Below the pieces are notes generated by a model that worked only from the letters and a program-made list of their open reading frames with translations, made no database searches and had not been told where the DNA came from. A DNA stretch of 64,000 nt from Xanthobacteraceae bacterium (GTDB taxonomy: Bacteria; Pseudomonadota; Alphaproteobacteria; Rhizobiales; Xanthobacteraceae), in assembly GCA_036513475.1 (NCBI GenBank), contig DATBYX010000475.1, positions 4,707-68,706 on the forward strand, read 5' to 3'. Shown here one piece after another: positions 41,612 through 50,547 of the stretch; positions within the stretch are counted from its first letter, which is position 1; each line of letters starts with the position of its first letter. Position numbers and translations under genes: made by a program.

Positions 41612-41947
41612 TCAGGTGAGAGGAACAAAGTCGTACTCACCGAGGCCCTGGAGAACGAGAAACACGGCAGATGTTTTTCCGGCATTGGTGACGAGGTGTG
41701 GCCGCTTCGGTGGAATCGAAAAGGTCTGGCCCCGTTCGACCAACGCCTGCTCTTTCGGGTCTTGGAGGAAGATGCGGATCGCACCCTCGATGACGTAGAA
41801 AGTGTCGTGAACATTGTTGTGGTAATGCCAAGGAACTTTCTGGGTGGGGCTGATCTGCAGCTCGGCAATGCGGAAGCCCGGACGCGCAGCGTGATACGCT
41901 CGCCGCTCGACCTCATACAGCCCGCTGGCATCCTTCACCGCAGCCAT
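41612..41947 (-). CDS. Cupin domain protein
   Basis: Cupin motifs VPWHYHNNVHDTFYVIEG and PPKRPHLVTNAG. The ATG lies 2 nt after the upstream VOC stop. Confidence 0.75.
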   Translation of the reverse strand: MAAVKDASGLYEVERRAYHAARPGFRIAELQISPTQKVPWHYHNNVHDTFYVIEGAIRIFLQDPKEQALVERGQTFSIPPKRPHLVTNAGKTSAVFLVLQGLGEYDFVPLT

Positions 41948-41949
41948 GG

Positions 41950-42312
41950 CTATGCCGTAAGCACCTCCATGATGTGCCCGTTCGGATCGCAAAAATAAAA
42001 GCCCCGTCCGCCGCGACGCCGATTGATCTTCATGTCGTCCAGGGAACGCGGTCCGCTGCCATACGAAATTCCCTCAGCGCGCACTCGTTCGTAAATTCCG
42101 TCAAACTCCGCCTCATCGACCTTGAAGGCATAGTGATGACTCTCGAACTGAATGTCATCATCGAAGTCCAGGGTAAGGCTGTGGTTGATTTGCACTGGAG
42201 CAAAGTGTGATACCGCGCCACCGTAATGCAGACCCAAAATTCGGGCCAGGAACCGGGCCGATGCTTCCTTGTCGTGAGCGGGAACGATGGTATGGTCGAG
42301 TACGATAGCCAT
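41950..42312 (-). CDS. VOC (glyoxalase/bleomycin-resistance/dioxygenase) family protein
   Basis: MAIVLDHTIVPAHDKEASARFLARILGL...HYAFKV...GFYFCDPNGHIMEVL. The longer track ORF upstream is not homologous. Confidence 0.8.
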   Translation of the reverse strand: MAIVLDHTIVPAHDKEASARFLARILGLHYGGAVSHFAPVQINHSLTLDFDDDIQFESHHYAFKVDEAEFDGIYERVRAEGISYGSGPRSLDDMKINRRRGGRGFYFCDPNGHIMEVLTA

Positions 42313-42472
42313 GGGGCCTGCGCCTTCCTCCTGGTTCTTTGAAGATAGGAAGTGCTGCGACAAGATGATAGCCGTTGGCTTCCGTCCAGGCCCGAATGAT
42401 GCGGCAAGATTGAGCTTACCGGATCTCACATCGTAGAATTTCACACCGCACGTACCGATCGCAAGGAGCACC

Positions 42473-43333
42473 ATGGCTGACATTCCGCGTCTCAACGGCG
42501 TCATCCGCGCCCTGGAATCCGGCAAGCCGGCATTCACATCTTTCTGCCAGGCCGATCCGGAGACCGCTATTGCAATGGCCACGGCCAAGTACGACGGCGT
42601 CGTCTTCGAGATGGAGCACAATCCATGGGATATAAGGGCACTGCGGGATAGCCTGCAGTACATGCTCAACCGCGCCCAGATCGTGAAGGCCGCCTCGCCC
42701 GCGCCTGGCGTCACCCCGATGGTGCGGATTCCACCGAATGGATCCGAGAAGGCGCAGTTTCACGCCAAGCAGGCGCTGGACCTCGGTGTCTACGGCATCG
42801 TTTGGCCGCACATCTCTTCCATCGAGGAAGCCTGCAACGCGGTGGCTGCGTGCCGATACCCGCGCCTGAAGACCGCCCCGGCTTATGAGCCTGCCGGCAT
42901 ACGAGGGGACGGTCCAACCGCCGCTGTGCGCTACTGGGGGCTCTCCCAACACGAGTATTATGACCGTGCAGATGTCTGGCCGCTCAATCCCAGGGGCGAG
43001 ATCTTCGTGATCCTCATGATGGAGGATACCCGCGGTATTGAGGGGCTCCCGGAGATCCTGAAGAAAGTCCCCGGGATAGGCGCAATCTTGATTGGAGAGG
43101 GCGATCTCTCCCAGGAGCTAGGCTATCCCAGGCAGTATGAGCACCCCGAAGTCTTGAAATGGATGGCGCGCGTTGTGAACACCTGCAAGGAGCACAACGT
43201 GGTCGTCGGTCACCCCCATGTCGACGCAAGTAATGTCGAGCGCGTCCTAGCCGAGGGCTATCGCTTCCTGATGGCGGCGCCTGTGCGCAGCTACCCCGCT
43301 CTGGAAAAGGGATTGAAGCTGGCCGGGCGGTAG
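42473..43333 (+). CDS. HpcH/HpaI-family aldolase
   Basis: DGVVFEMEHNPWD, MVRIP...AKQALDLGVYGIVWPHI and ILIGEGDLSQELG, typical of class II pyruvate/oxoacid aldolases. Confidence 0.82.
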   Translation: MADIPRLNGVIRALESGKPAFTSFCQADPETAIAMATAKYDGVVFEMEHNPWDIRALRDSLQYMLNRAQIVKAASPAPGVTPMVRIPPNGSEKAQFHAKQALDLGVYGIVWPHISSIEEACNAVAACRYPRLKTAPAYEPAGIRGDGPTAAVRYWGLSQHEYYDRADVWPLNPRGEIFVILMMEDTRGIEGLPEILKKVPGIGAILIGEGDLSQELGYPRQYEHPEVLKWMARVVNTCKEHNVVVGHPHVDASNVERVLAEGYRFLMAAPVRSYPALEKGLKLAGR

Positions 43334-43571
43334 AGGAGGGTCGACCGACGGCGGCGGACTGAGAAGTGAGGGACACGAGCGCACTGCCGTCACCATGTCC
43401 TGGGATCCTTCGTCTGTCCTTTGTTGTCAGTCCTCCGACTCGTTCACGATCTGGACTCTTACCACTGGATTCGCGTTGGAGGTAAAGTGCCTTGATTCGC
43501 GCAGGCTTACCGGCGGAACAGGCCAGCCGCCATAATGACCCTGCGAAGCCGGCGGTCTTCGATCCCGGCAA

Positions 43572-46124
43572 ATGCGGCGATTGGGGGCAAGCGGGATGCC
43601 GGACACGATCCGGACCACCGTGGACAGCTTGGGAGCTCGTCCGCAGCAAAGCGGATTGCTTGTAGTCCTTACGATAGCGATTGCTGGGTCGTGTTCTTTT
43701 GCGGCCGGGCCCGCCGAGGCGGCTGGCCCGAGATTCGAAGGCTCTACCGTTGGCGCGTATATCTCCGCGCTCCTGCTGCTCGATCGGCATGAGATTGCCG
43801 CCCTGGCGCTAACGCTGGGCGTTCTGTGCTTTGCCGTCGTTACCGCAATTCTGCTCGTGCGCACGCGCCGACGGCTTGCCGCGATGGCGGCATCTGCACG
43901 CGACGAGGCAATGGCGTCCCGCGCCGCGATCGATCGGGCATACGCGCTGCTCCTGTCTGAGCCGCAGATCCTGATCGTTTGGTCGACAGGGACGGAGGAG
44001 CCCGAAATTATCGGCGATGCCCCCCGTGTGACCGGTGCCGGCGTTCGCCAGCGCGTTTTATCGTTTGGCAGCTGGCTTGAACCGCAAGCCGCGCAGGACA
44101 TGGAGCGTTCGGTCGATGCTTTGCGTGCTCGCGCCGCAAGCTTTGCGATGACGGTCGCGACGTTGTCCAACCACGTCGTGGAAGCCGAAGGCCTGGTCGT
44201 CGGCGGGCGCGCCATAGTGCGACTGCGCGAGCTGAGCGGGATCAAGTACGAGCTGGCCGAATTGACGCAGCGCCATCGCAAGCAGATCGAAGACGCGGCA
44301 GCCATGCGCGCGCTCATCGAGGCAATTCCTGCACCGGTTTGGCACCGGGACAGTTCGGGCAAGCTCGTCTCCGCTAATCAAGCCTACGCCCGCGCGGTCG
44401 AGGCGAGGACCGTCGAAGAGACCGTTGAACAAGGAATCGAACTGTTCGACCATGCTGCGCGCTCGGAACTCCGTAATGCGCATGACTCGGCACAGCCCTA
44501 TTCCGGGCGGCTTGCCGCCGTTGTAGCGGGAGAGCGCCGGACGCTGGACGTGATATCCGTGCCGGTTGGCGGCGGCAGCGCCGGGATTGCCATCGATACA
44601 ACGGAAGTGGAGGTCATGCGCGCCGAGCTCAGGCGCATTGTGGATGCCCATCGCCGCACGCTGGATCAGCTGGCGACCGGGGTCGCCATCTTTGGGTCCA
44701 ATCAACGGCTGAGCTTCTGTAATGCCGCGTACCGCTCGCTATGGGACCTCGACGTTGAATTCCTCGACGGAGGACCGACCGATTCGGCTGTGCTCGACCG
44801 GTTGCGCGCTGCCCGAAAGCTTCCCGACGAGCAGGATTTCCGGCAATGGAAAATCGCATTGCACGAGGCCTACAGGGCAGTCGAGGCGAAGGAGCACACG
44901 TGGCATCTCCCCGACGGGCGGACGATGCGAGTGGTCACGACTCCTAATCCCGAGGGCGGAGTTATTTATCTGTTCGAAGACGTGACGGAACGGCTTGATC
45001 TGGAACGGCGTTACGACGCGCTCATTCGGGTGCAAGGGGAGACCCTGGATAATCTCACGGAGGCGGTGGCAGTTTTTGGCAGTGACGGGCGGATGCGGCT
45101 GCATAACCCGGTCTTTGCCCGCATGTGGCGGCTCGACGCCGAGATGCTTGCGCGACGGCCGCACATCGAGGCGGTGAGCACCGCCTGCCGCCCGTTGCAT
45201 GGCGACCATCCGATCTGGCAGCGGCTGCGTGCGATGATCACCGCCATCGAGGATCGCGAACCGGTGATCGGGCGCATCGAACGCCGCGACGGCAACGTTG
45301 TCGATTGCGCCACCATGCCGCTGCCTGATGGGGCCACCCTGCTCACGTTCCAGGATGTCACTGATACGGTCAACGTCGAGCGCGCGCTGCGTGAGCGAAA
45401 TGAGGCGTTGGAAGCGGCGGACAGGCTCAAGATCGATTTTGTCCACCACGTGTCGTATGAGCTGCGCTCGCCACTCACCAACATCATCGGGTTTGCGTAT
45501 TTCCTGGGCGACCCTCTTACCGGACCACTCACCGACAAACAGCGGGAATATCTGAGCTACATCACCGTATCCACCAATGCGCTGCTCGCCATCATCAACA
45601 ACATCCTGGATCTCGCGACCATCGATGCCGGAGCGATGACGCTCAATCTGGGGCCTGTGGATGTCTGCAAGACCATGGAGGCAGCCGCCGAAGGGGTGCA
45701 GGACCGACTGATCAAGAATGGGATCAGACTTGAGATCCGCGCTACCCCGGATATCGGCAGCTTCATCGCGGACGAGCGGCGCGTCCGCCAATCCCTATTC
45801 AATCTGCTCGCGAATGCCGTGGGCTTTTCGCCTGCCGGGGAGACCGTTACGTTGACCGCCCAAAGGCTCAAGGATGCCCTCGTATTCTCGGTCACCGACC
45901 GCGGGCCCGGTATTCCCGCCGATGTACAGGACAAGGTATTCGATTGGTTCGAAACTCATTCTCTCGGCTCGCGCCATCGTGGTACGGGACTGGGTCTTTC
46001 GCTGGTGCGCTCGTTCGTCGAGCTGCATGGTGGTTCCGTTACGCTGGAATCCATCCTCGGACGCGGCACCACTGTGACCTGCATATTCCCCCTCGATCAT
46101 CGCGCCGAGCGATCTGCGGCTTGA
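43572..46124 (+). CDS. Membrane-anchored multi-PAS sensor histidine kinase
   Basis: Two N-terminal hydrophobic segments, repeated PAS-like blocks, H-box FVHHVSYELRSPLTNIIGF, N-box NLLANAVGFS, G1 DRGPGI and G2 GTGLGLSLV. The start is uncertain between 43572 and 43596. Confidence 0.88.
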   Translation: MRRLGASGMPDTIRTTVDSLGARPQQSGLLVVLTIAIAGSCSFAAGPAEAAGPRFEGSTVGAYISALLLLDRHEIAALALTLGVLCFAVVTAILLVRTRRRLAAMAASARDEAMASRAAIDRAYALLLSEPQILIVWSTGTEEPEIIGDAPRVTGAGVRQRVLSFGSWLEPQAAQDMERSVDALRARAASFAMTVATLSNHVVEAEGLVVGGRAIVRLRELSGIKYELAELTQRHRKQIEDAAAMRALIEAIPAPVWHRDSSGKLVSANQAYARAVEARTVEETVEQGIELFDHAARSELRNAHDSAQPYSGRLAAVVAGERRTLDVISVPVGGGSAGIAIDTTEVEVMRAELRRIVDAHRRTLDQLATGVAIFGSNQRLSFCNAAYRSLWDLDVEFLDGGPTDSAVLDRLRAARKLPDEQDFRQWKIALHEAYRAVEAKEHTWHLPDGRTMRVVTTPNPEGGVIYLFEDVTERLDLERRYDALIRVQGETLDNLTEAVAVFGSDGRMRLHNPVFARMWRLDAEMLARRPHIEAVSTACRPLHGDHPIWQRLRAMITAIEDREPVIGRIERRDGNVVDCATMPLPDGATLLTFQDVTDTVNVERALRERNEALEAADRLKIDFVHHVSYELRSPLTNIIGFAYFLGDPLTGPLTDKQREYLSYITVSTNALLAIINNILDLATIDAGAMTLNLGPVDVCKTMEAAAEGVQDRLIKNGIRLEIRATPDIGSFIADERRVRQSLFNLLANAVGFSPAGETVTLTAQRLKDALVFSVTDRGPGIPADVQDKVFDWFETHSLGSRHRGTGLGLSLVRSFVELHGGSVTLESILGRGTTVTCIFPLDHRAERSAA

Positions 46125-46141
46125 TATCGGCGGTGGCCGCG

Positions 46142-47680
46142 ATGCTGCTGACTACGTTAGGCACTTCGAGCTTTTCGGTAGCCTTGCCGGACGAGCACGC
46201 CACCCAGCGGCTTGCCGTCGATATCACCAACTCGCTTGAGCCCGGCGATCTTGTGACCCTGTCGGGCGACCTCGGCGCGGGCAAGACAACGTTCGCCCGT
46301 GCGGTCATTCGCTACCTGGCGGGCGACCCGTCGCTCGAAGTGCCAAGCCCGACCTTCACGCTCATGCAGAGCTATGATCTGCCGCAGTTTCCGCTCGTGC
46401 ATGCCGACCTCTACCGGCTGTCCGGTTCGGCGGAGCTTGCCGAGCTTGGCTTCGATGACTTGCCCGAGGGAGCGGTTGTGTTGCTGGAATGGCCCGATCG
46501 CGCCGCCGGTTTTCTGCCGCCGGACCGCATCGATGTCGCACTCACGCTTGCGCCGAAGCTCAAGCTTGAATTCCGCCATGCGCGCGTGACCGGCTACGGC
46601 AAGCTCGGCCCGCGGGTGGACCGCATGGCGGGGGTCCGCCAGTTCATCGCCGAGAGCGGGTACAGCGATGCTTTGCGGGCAAGACTCAAAGGGGACGCTT
46701 CGACGCGAATCTACGAGCGCCTTGCGCTCGCAGACAAGCAGGTCATCCTGATGAATTCACCTCGCCGGAGCGATGGCCCCCCGGTGCGCGACGGCAAGTC
46801 CTACAATGAGATTGCGCATCTTGCCGACAGTGTGATTCCATTCGTGGCAATCGCCAATGGACTCCGCCAACACGGGTTCTCGACGCCTGAAATCAACCAC
46901 GCTGACTTGGAGCAGGGGCTGTTGCTGCTTGAAGACCTCGGCGATGAACAAGTGGTGCAGGGCGACCCCCCGGCACCTATACGGGAACGTTATGAAACCG
47001 CCGTCGACGCTCTAATTGCGCTGCACGCGGAACGACTGCCGGACGTACTGCCAGTCGCGCCCGGGGTCGAGCACCGCGTCCCGTATTACGATATGAATGC
47101 ATTCCTGATTGAGGTCGAGCTGCTGCTCGATTGGTTTTTGCCGCGCCTGAATACCACGATGGCCGACAGCGAGCGGGATTCCTTTCGGGCGCTTTGGCGC
47201 GAGCTGCTGCAGCCGGCAATCGATGCACCACCGACCTGGGTATTGCGCGACTTCCACTCACCCAATTTATTGTGGCTGCCGCGCCGGCACGAAATCGCTC
47301 GCCTCGGAGTGCTGGACTTCCAAGACGCCGTCATGGGTCCTGCCGCATACGATGTCGCCTCTCTGCTCCAGGATGCCCGCGTGGATGTAGCCGAGCAAAT
47401 GGAGCTGGCGCTGCTCGGACGCTATGTGCGCGGCCGGCGCCAAGCTGACCCGGAGTTCGACGCCGGCGGGTTCATCAAGGTGTACGTCACGGTTGCCGCG
47501 CAGCGCGCCAGCAAAATCCTCGGCATCTTCGCCCGTCTCGACATGCGCGACGGTAAGCCGCAATATCTCCGCCACATGCCGCGGGTGTGGGGCTATCTGC
47601 AACGCTCTCTCAGTCATCCCGCACTCGAGACCCTGAGCGCATGGTATATTGCCCACGTGCCGGCCTTGAACGCCATTTGA
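46142..47680 (+). CDS. tsaE: Fusion of t6A-synthesis ATPase TsaE with an AmgK-like (APH-fold) sugar kinase
   Basis: The N-terminal part has LSGDLGAGKTTFARAV...HADLYRL (TsaE). The C-terminal part has RDFHSPNLLW (Brenner motif) and LDFQDAVMGPAAYDVASLL (APH/AmgK-like). Confidence 0.85.
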   Translation: MLLTTLGTSSFSVALPDEHATQRLAVDITNSLEPGDLVTLSGDLGAGKTTFARAVIRYLAGDPSLEVPSPTFTLMQSYDLPQFPLVHADLYRLSGSAELAELGFDDLPEGAVVLLEWPDRAAGFLPPDRIDVALTLAPKLKLEFRHARVTGYGKLGPRVDRMAGVRQFIAESGYSDALRARLKGDASTRIYERLALADKQVILMNSPRRSDGPPVRDGKSYNEIAHLADSVIPFVAIANGLRQHGFSTPEINHADLEQGLLLLEDLGDEQVVQGDPPAPIRERYETAVDALIALHAERLPDVLPVAPGVEHRVPYYDMNAFLIEVELLLDWFLPRLNTTMADSERDSFRALWRELLQPAIDAPPTWVLRDFHSPNLLWLPRRHEIARLGVLDFQDAVMGPAAYDVASLLQDARVDVAEQMELALLGRYVRGRRQADPEFDAGGFIKVYVTVAAQRASKILGIFARLDMRDGKPQYLRHMPRVWGYLQRSLSHPALETLSAWYIAHVPALNAI

Positions 47681-47702
47681 GGACGGGAGGGGCAGCACCG
47701 AG

Positions 47703-48443
47703 ATGAGCGAATTGGCAGAAAGGATCGCTGGACCGACATGCGCCATGGTGCTCGCGGCTGGACTGGGCACCCGAATGAGGCCCTTCAGCGGTCGGATACC
47801 CAAGCCGTTGGTGCAAGTCGGCGGGAAGGCGCTCATCGATTACGTGCTCGATCGGCTCGCCGATCAGGGCGTCGCGCGCGCAGTCGTGAACGTCCATCAT
47901 CTCGCCGATCAAATCGAGCGCCATCTGGCGTCCCGTCGGCAGCCACAGATCATTATATCGGACGAGCGCCGCGAGCTTCTGGGTACGGCGGGCGGCGTTA
48001 TCAAAGCATTGCCGCAGCTGGGCGATAATCCATTCTTCCATGTCAACTCGGACACGATCTGGGTAGACGGGGTGAAGCCCAATCTGGCCCTGCTTGCCGG
48101 CGCCTTCGACTCGGCGCGGATGGACGCGCTGCTTCTTCTCGCGTCGAGCACGTCCAGCATCGGCTATGTCGGAGTCGGTGACTTCGCCATGACGCCCGAT
48201 GGCAAGCTGGCGCGACGGGCCGAGCGGGAGATCGCGCCTTTCGTCTACGCCGGCGCAGCAATTCTCACGCCTGCTTTCTTCGCAGGGGTGCCGGGTGGGC
48301 CTTCGTCCATGTCGCCGCTATTCGATCGTTCCGCGCAAGCGGGCCGACTGTTTGGGGCTCGGTTGGAAGGCCTTTGGATGCATGTCGGCACGCCGGAGGC
48401 GGTCAAGGCTGCCGAAGCCGCGATTCTTGCAAGCGTCGCGTAG
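47703..48443 (+). CDS. murU: Nucleotidyltransferase, MurU-like (MurNAc-1-P uridylyltransferase candidate)
   Basis: AMVLAAGLGTRMRPFSGRIPKPLV sugar-nucleotidyltransferase motif. Located immediately downstream of the AmgK-like kinase. Confidence 0.75.
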   Translation: MSELAERIAGPTCAMVLAAGLGTRMRPFSGRIPKPLVQVGGKALIDYVLDRLADQGVARAVVNVHHLADQIERHLASRRQPQIIISDERRELLGTAGGVIKALPQLGDNPFFHVNSDTIWVDGVKPNLALLAGAFDSARMDALLLLASSTSSIGYVGVGDFAMTPDGKLARRAEREIAPFVYAGAAILTPAFFAGVPGGPSSMSPLFDRSAQAGRLFGARLEGLWMHVGTPEAVKAAEAAILASVA

Positions 48444-48530
48444 CCACGGCTCAGCCGCAAAGACAATTGAATTGAAGGCCAGGCGAGAGGCGCCCATTCG
48501 CGAGAGCCCGAGCGAAGCCCAGGGCGAGCG

Positions 48531-50300
48531 TCAGGCTTCCTCGTACAGGTGGTCTCCGCGGGAGAGGCGGGCCGCGATGTCCGCGGTCTGGAGCCAAGCA
48601 CGTTCGGTCGGAGAGTGTGCCGCAAGATACCGCGCGACCGCCACGAGGATGTGCCGTCCCGGCGGCGTGTTGTTCCATTCCTTGAACTGACGCACGCCGG
48701 CCTCGAACATCTGGTAGGCGTGAAAGCCCGCGTCTTCGCGCAAAAGCGCGCGCGCTAGCGCGGAAATGATCAGCTCCGGCGGATGACCGAGCGTGAGATG
48801 GCGCGTCACGAGACGTGCCGCTGCCTCGACCTGGTGCTGACGATCGAATGCATCCAGAAGCGACGCGCGGATCTCTTCGGGCTTCGACGGCAGCGCGTTT
48901 AGCCGGTCATTTCCTTCACCCGGCAGGCGCGCCGGCGGGACGTTCAGATAGCGAATGAGATAGATTGCGGCGGCGCCGTACAATACGCCGCGCGATGCCT
49001 CGGGGAAGCCGGCGACATTATGATCGCCCGCGATGCGCTTGAGGCCCTGATGCACCGCGTTGCAGTAGGTGAAGACGTGGTGCGCGGTGTCCCAGTCCCC
49101 GTGCTCATTCGCTGTCCCGAATTGTGCAACCCGCAGCGCCGCGGCATAGGCAAGCGAGCGCCCAAGGTCATCGAGTGAGGCACCGTCGGAAATGGCACTC
49201 CCGAGCGCATCGAAGATCGTGCCCGGATCGTCGCCCAACAGAAGCCGGCCCAGCTGCGCATGCTTCGACCAGTTCCCCCGATGTCGAGCCGCTGCGAAAC
49301 GCCTTGGCAGCTCGGCTGCGCCTTCCTCGCATCGCGCGATGAAGTCGATGGGCTGGCGCCACTCCGTCGATTCGTCAGCCCCGCGCGCCGCAACCATTTG
49401 TCCGATGACACTCGGAATGAGATCGCCCGCGTGTTCCCATCCGATCAGGTCGAGACACTCGAAGGCTTTATTGATGAAATCGAGGGAATGCCCGTCATCG
49501 GCGAACACCCGGTCGGTCTCCGCCGCTAACAGGAGGTCGGCTATCAATCCGGGCGTTGTTCCCATGGCGACAGCGGTCAGGACCGTGCGCTGGGCCGCCT
49601 CGCCGTGGCGCCCTGCGTCCCAGCGTCGGAGCCACCGTTTGAGCGTGCTGAGATCCGGGCAGCTGGCAAGAGCCGCGCGTTTGCGGCCGGGAACCGCGCC
49701 GGCGCAATCCGCTGCGACCCGACGCACGCCATGGAACAGCGCCAGATAAGCATCCTCTCTCTCTAACAGCGGCAGCAGGTTCCCGAGCGCGGTCAAGATC
49801 GTCAGGCCCGTGCTCCAGCCGTCAAGGTGGCGCGCCCCGAAGAGCGCGGCCTGCCGCACGATGTCGAGGGGCGGCACCTCGGCGGCGAGTTGGCCCTGCA
49901 CCGCCTTAGCAATCACGAGGGCGAGATTGTGCGCCATGCCGTCATCTAGACGTCGCTGCCAGTAAACGGCAGGGTTGGGATGCCCGAATTCGGCCTTCAC
50001 CCAAATCTCCGCGCCGCGCATCTCTACTGGGCACGTCGGGACGTCGTCCGCCCAGAGATCGAACGTACAGCCGCTCGCAACGTCGAAGCGCGCATGATGC
50101 CAGTGGCAGGCGAGAATGCCGTCCTCCATGCTTCCGCGGTCCAGCGGAAAGCCCATGTGCGGACAACGGTTGTCCAGGGCGAAAACACGATCCCCGTGCG
50201 CGAGGACCAGGATGGGTCGATGCGGGCCGCGCACGACGAGGCGCCGGTTGCGCTTGAGCTCTGCAAGCGTGCCTGCATACAGGAAATCGGTATTCGGCAT
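48531..50300 (-). CDS. Rieske [2Fe-2S] domain protein with long uncharacterised helical C-terminal domain
   Basis: Rieske ligand motifs CPHMG and CHWHH lie within the first ~100 aa. I do not recognise the remaining ~480 aa. Confidence 0.75.
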   Translation of the reverse strand: MPNTDFLYAGTLAELKRNRRLVVRGPHRPILVLAHGDRVFALDNRCPHMGFPLDRGSMEDGILACHWHHARFDVASGCTFDLWADDVPTCPVEMRGAEIWVKAEFGHPNPAVYWQRRLDDGMAHNLALVIAKAVQGQLAAEVPPLDIVRQAALFGARHLDGWSTGLTILTALGNLLPLLEREDAYLALFHGVRRVAADCAGAVPGRKRAALASCPDLSTLKRWLRRWDAGRHGEAAQRTVLTAVAMGTTPGLIADLLLAAETDRVFADDGHSLDFINKAFECLDLIGWEHAGDLIPSVIGQMVAARGADESTEWRQPIDFIARCEEGAAELPRRFAAARHRGNWSKHAQLGRLLLGDDPGTIFDALGSAISDGASLDDLGRSLAYAAALRVAQFGTANEHGDWDTAHHVFTYCNAVHQGLKRIAGDHNVAGFPEASRGVLYGAAAIYLIRYLNVPPARLPGEGNDRLNALPSKPEEIRASLLDAFDRQHQVEAAARLVTRHLTLGHPPELIISALARALLREDAGFHAYQMFEAGVRQFKEWNNTPPGRHILVAVARYLAAHSPTERAWLQTADIAARLSRGDHLYEEA

Positions 50301-50370
50301 CCGCCTCCTCGCGGTTGGCGATAAGGTAGCGACTTCACCGCGAAGCCATTACATTGGGCGCGCGGGGCTG

Positions 50371-50530
50371 TGAGGTGCGTCAGGAGCCATATCCCCGGGG
50401 CCTTATCGATCCTGAAGGGAGCTGTCCCTGACCGGGCTCGTGGGCTCGGACATATGGCGCCCACCTACTTGCGTAGGGAACCCGGGATCGACGCTCCAGC
50501 GGCCATTGCGGCTCCGCACTTCTACTTCTG
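50371..50530 (+). ncRNA. ssrS: Candidate 6S RNA (SsrS); boundaries approximate
   Basis: A long interrupted hairpin: GUGC 50376-79 pairs with GCAC 50516-19; GGAGCC 50383-88 with GGCUCC 50510-15; GGCC 50399-402 with GGCC 50501-04; and CGAUCCUG 50407-14 with CCGGGAUCG 50481-89. These stems enclose a large central region with local hairpins. The element lies directly upstream of the 5-formyl-THF cyclo-ligase gene, the classic ssrS-ygfA arrangement. Confidence 0.5.
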
Positions 50531-50547
50531 TTTGGATTCTATTACGA

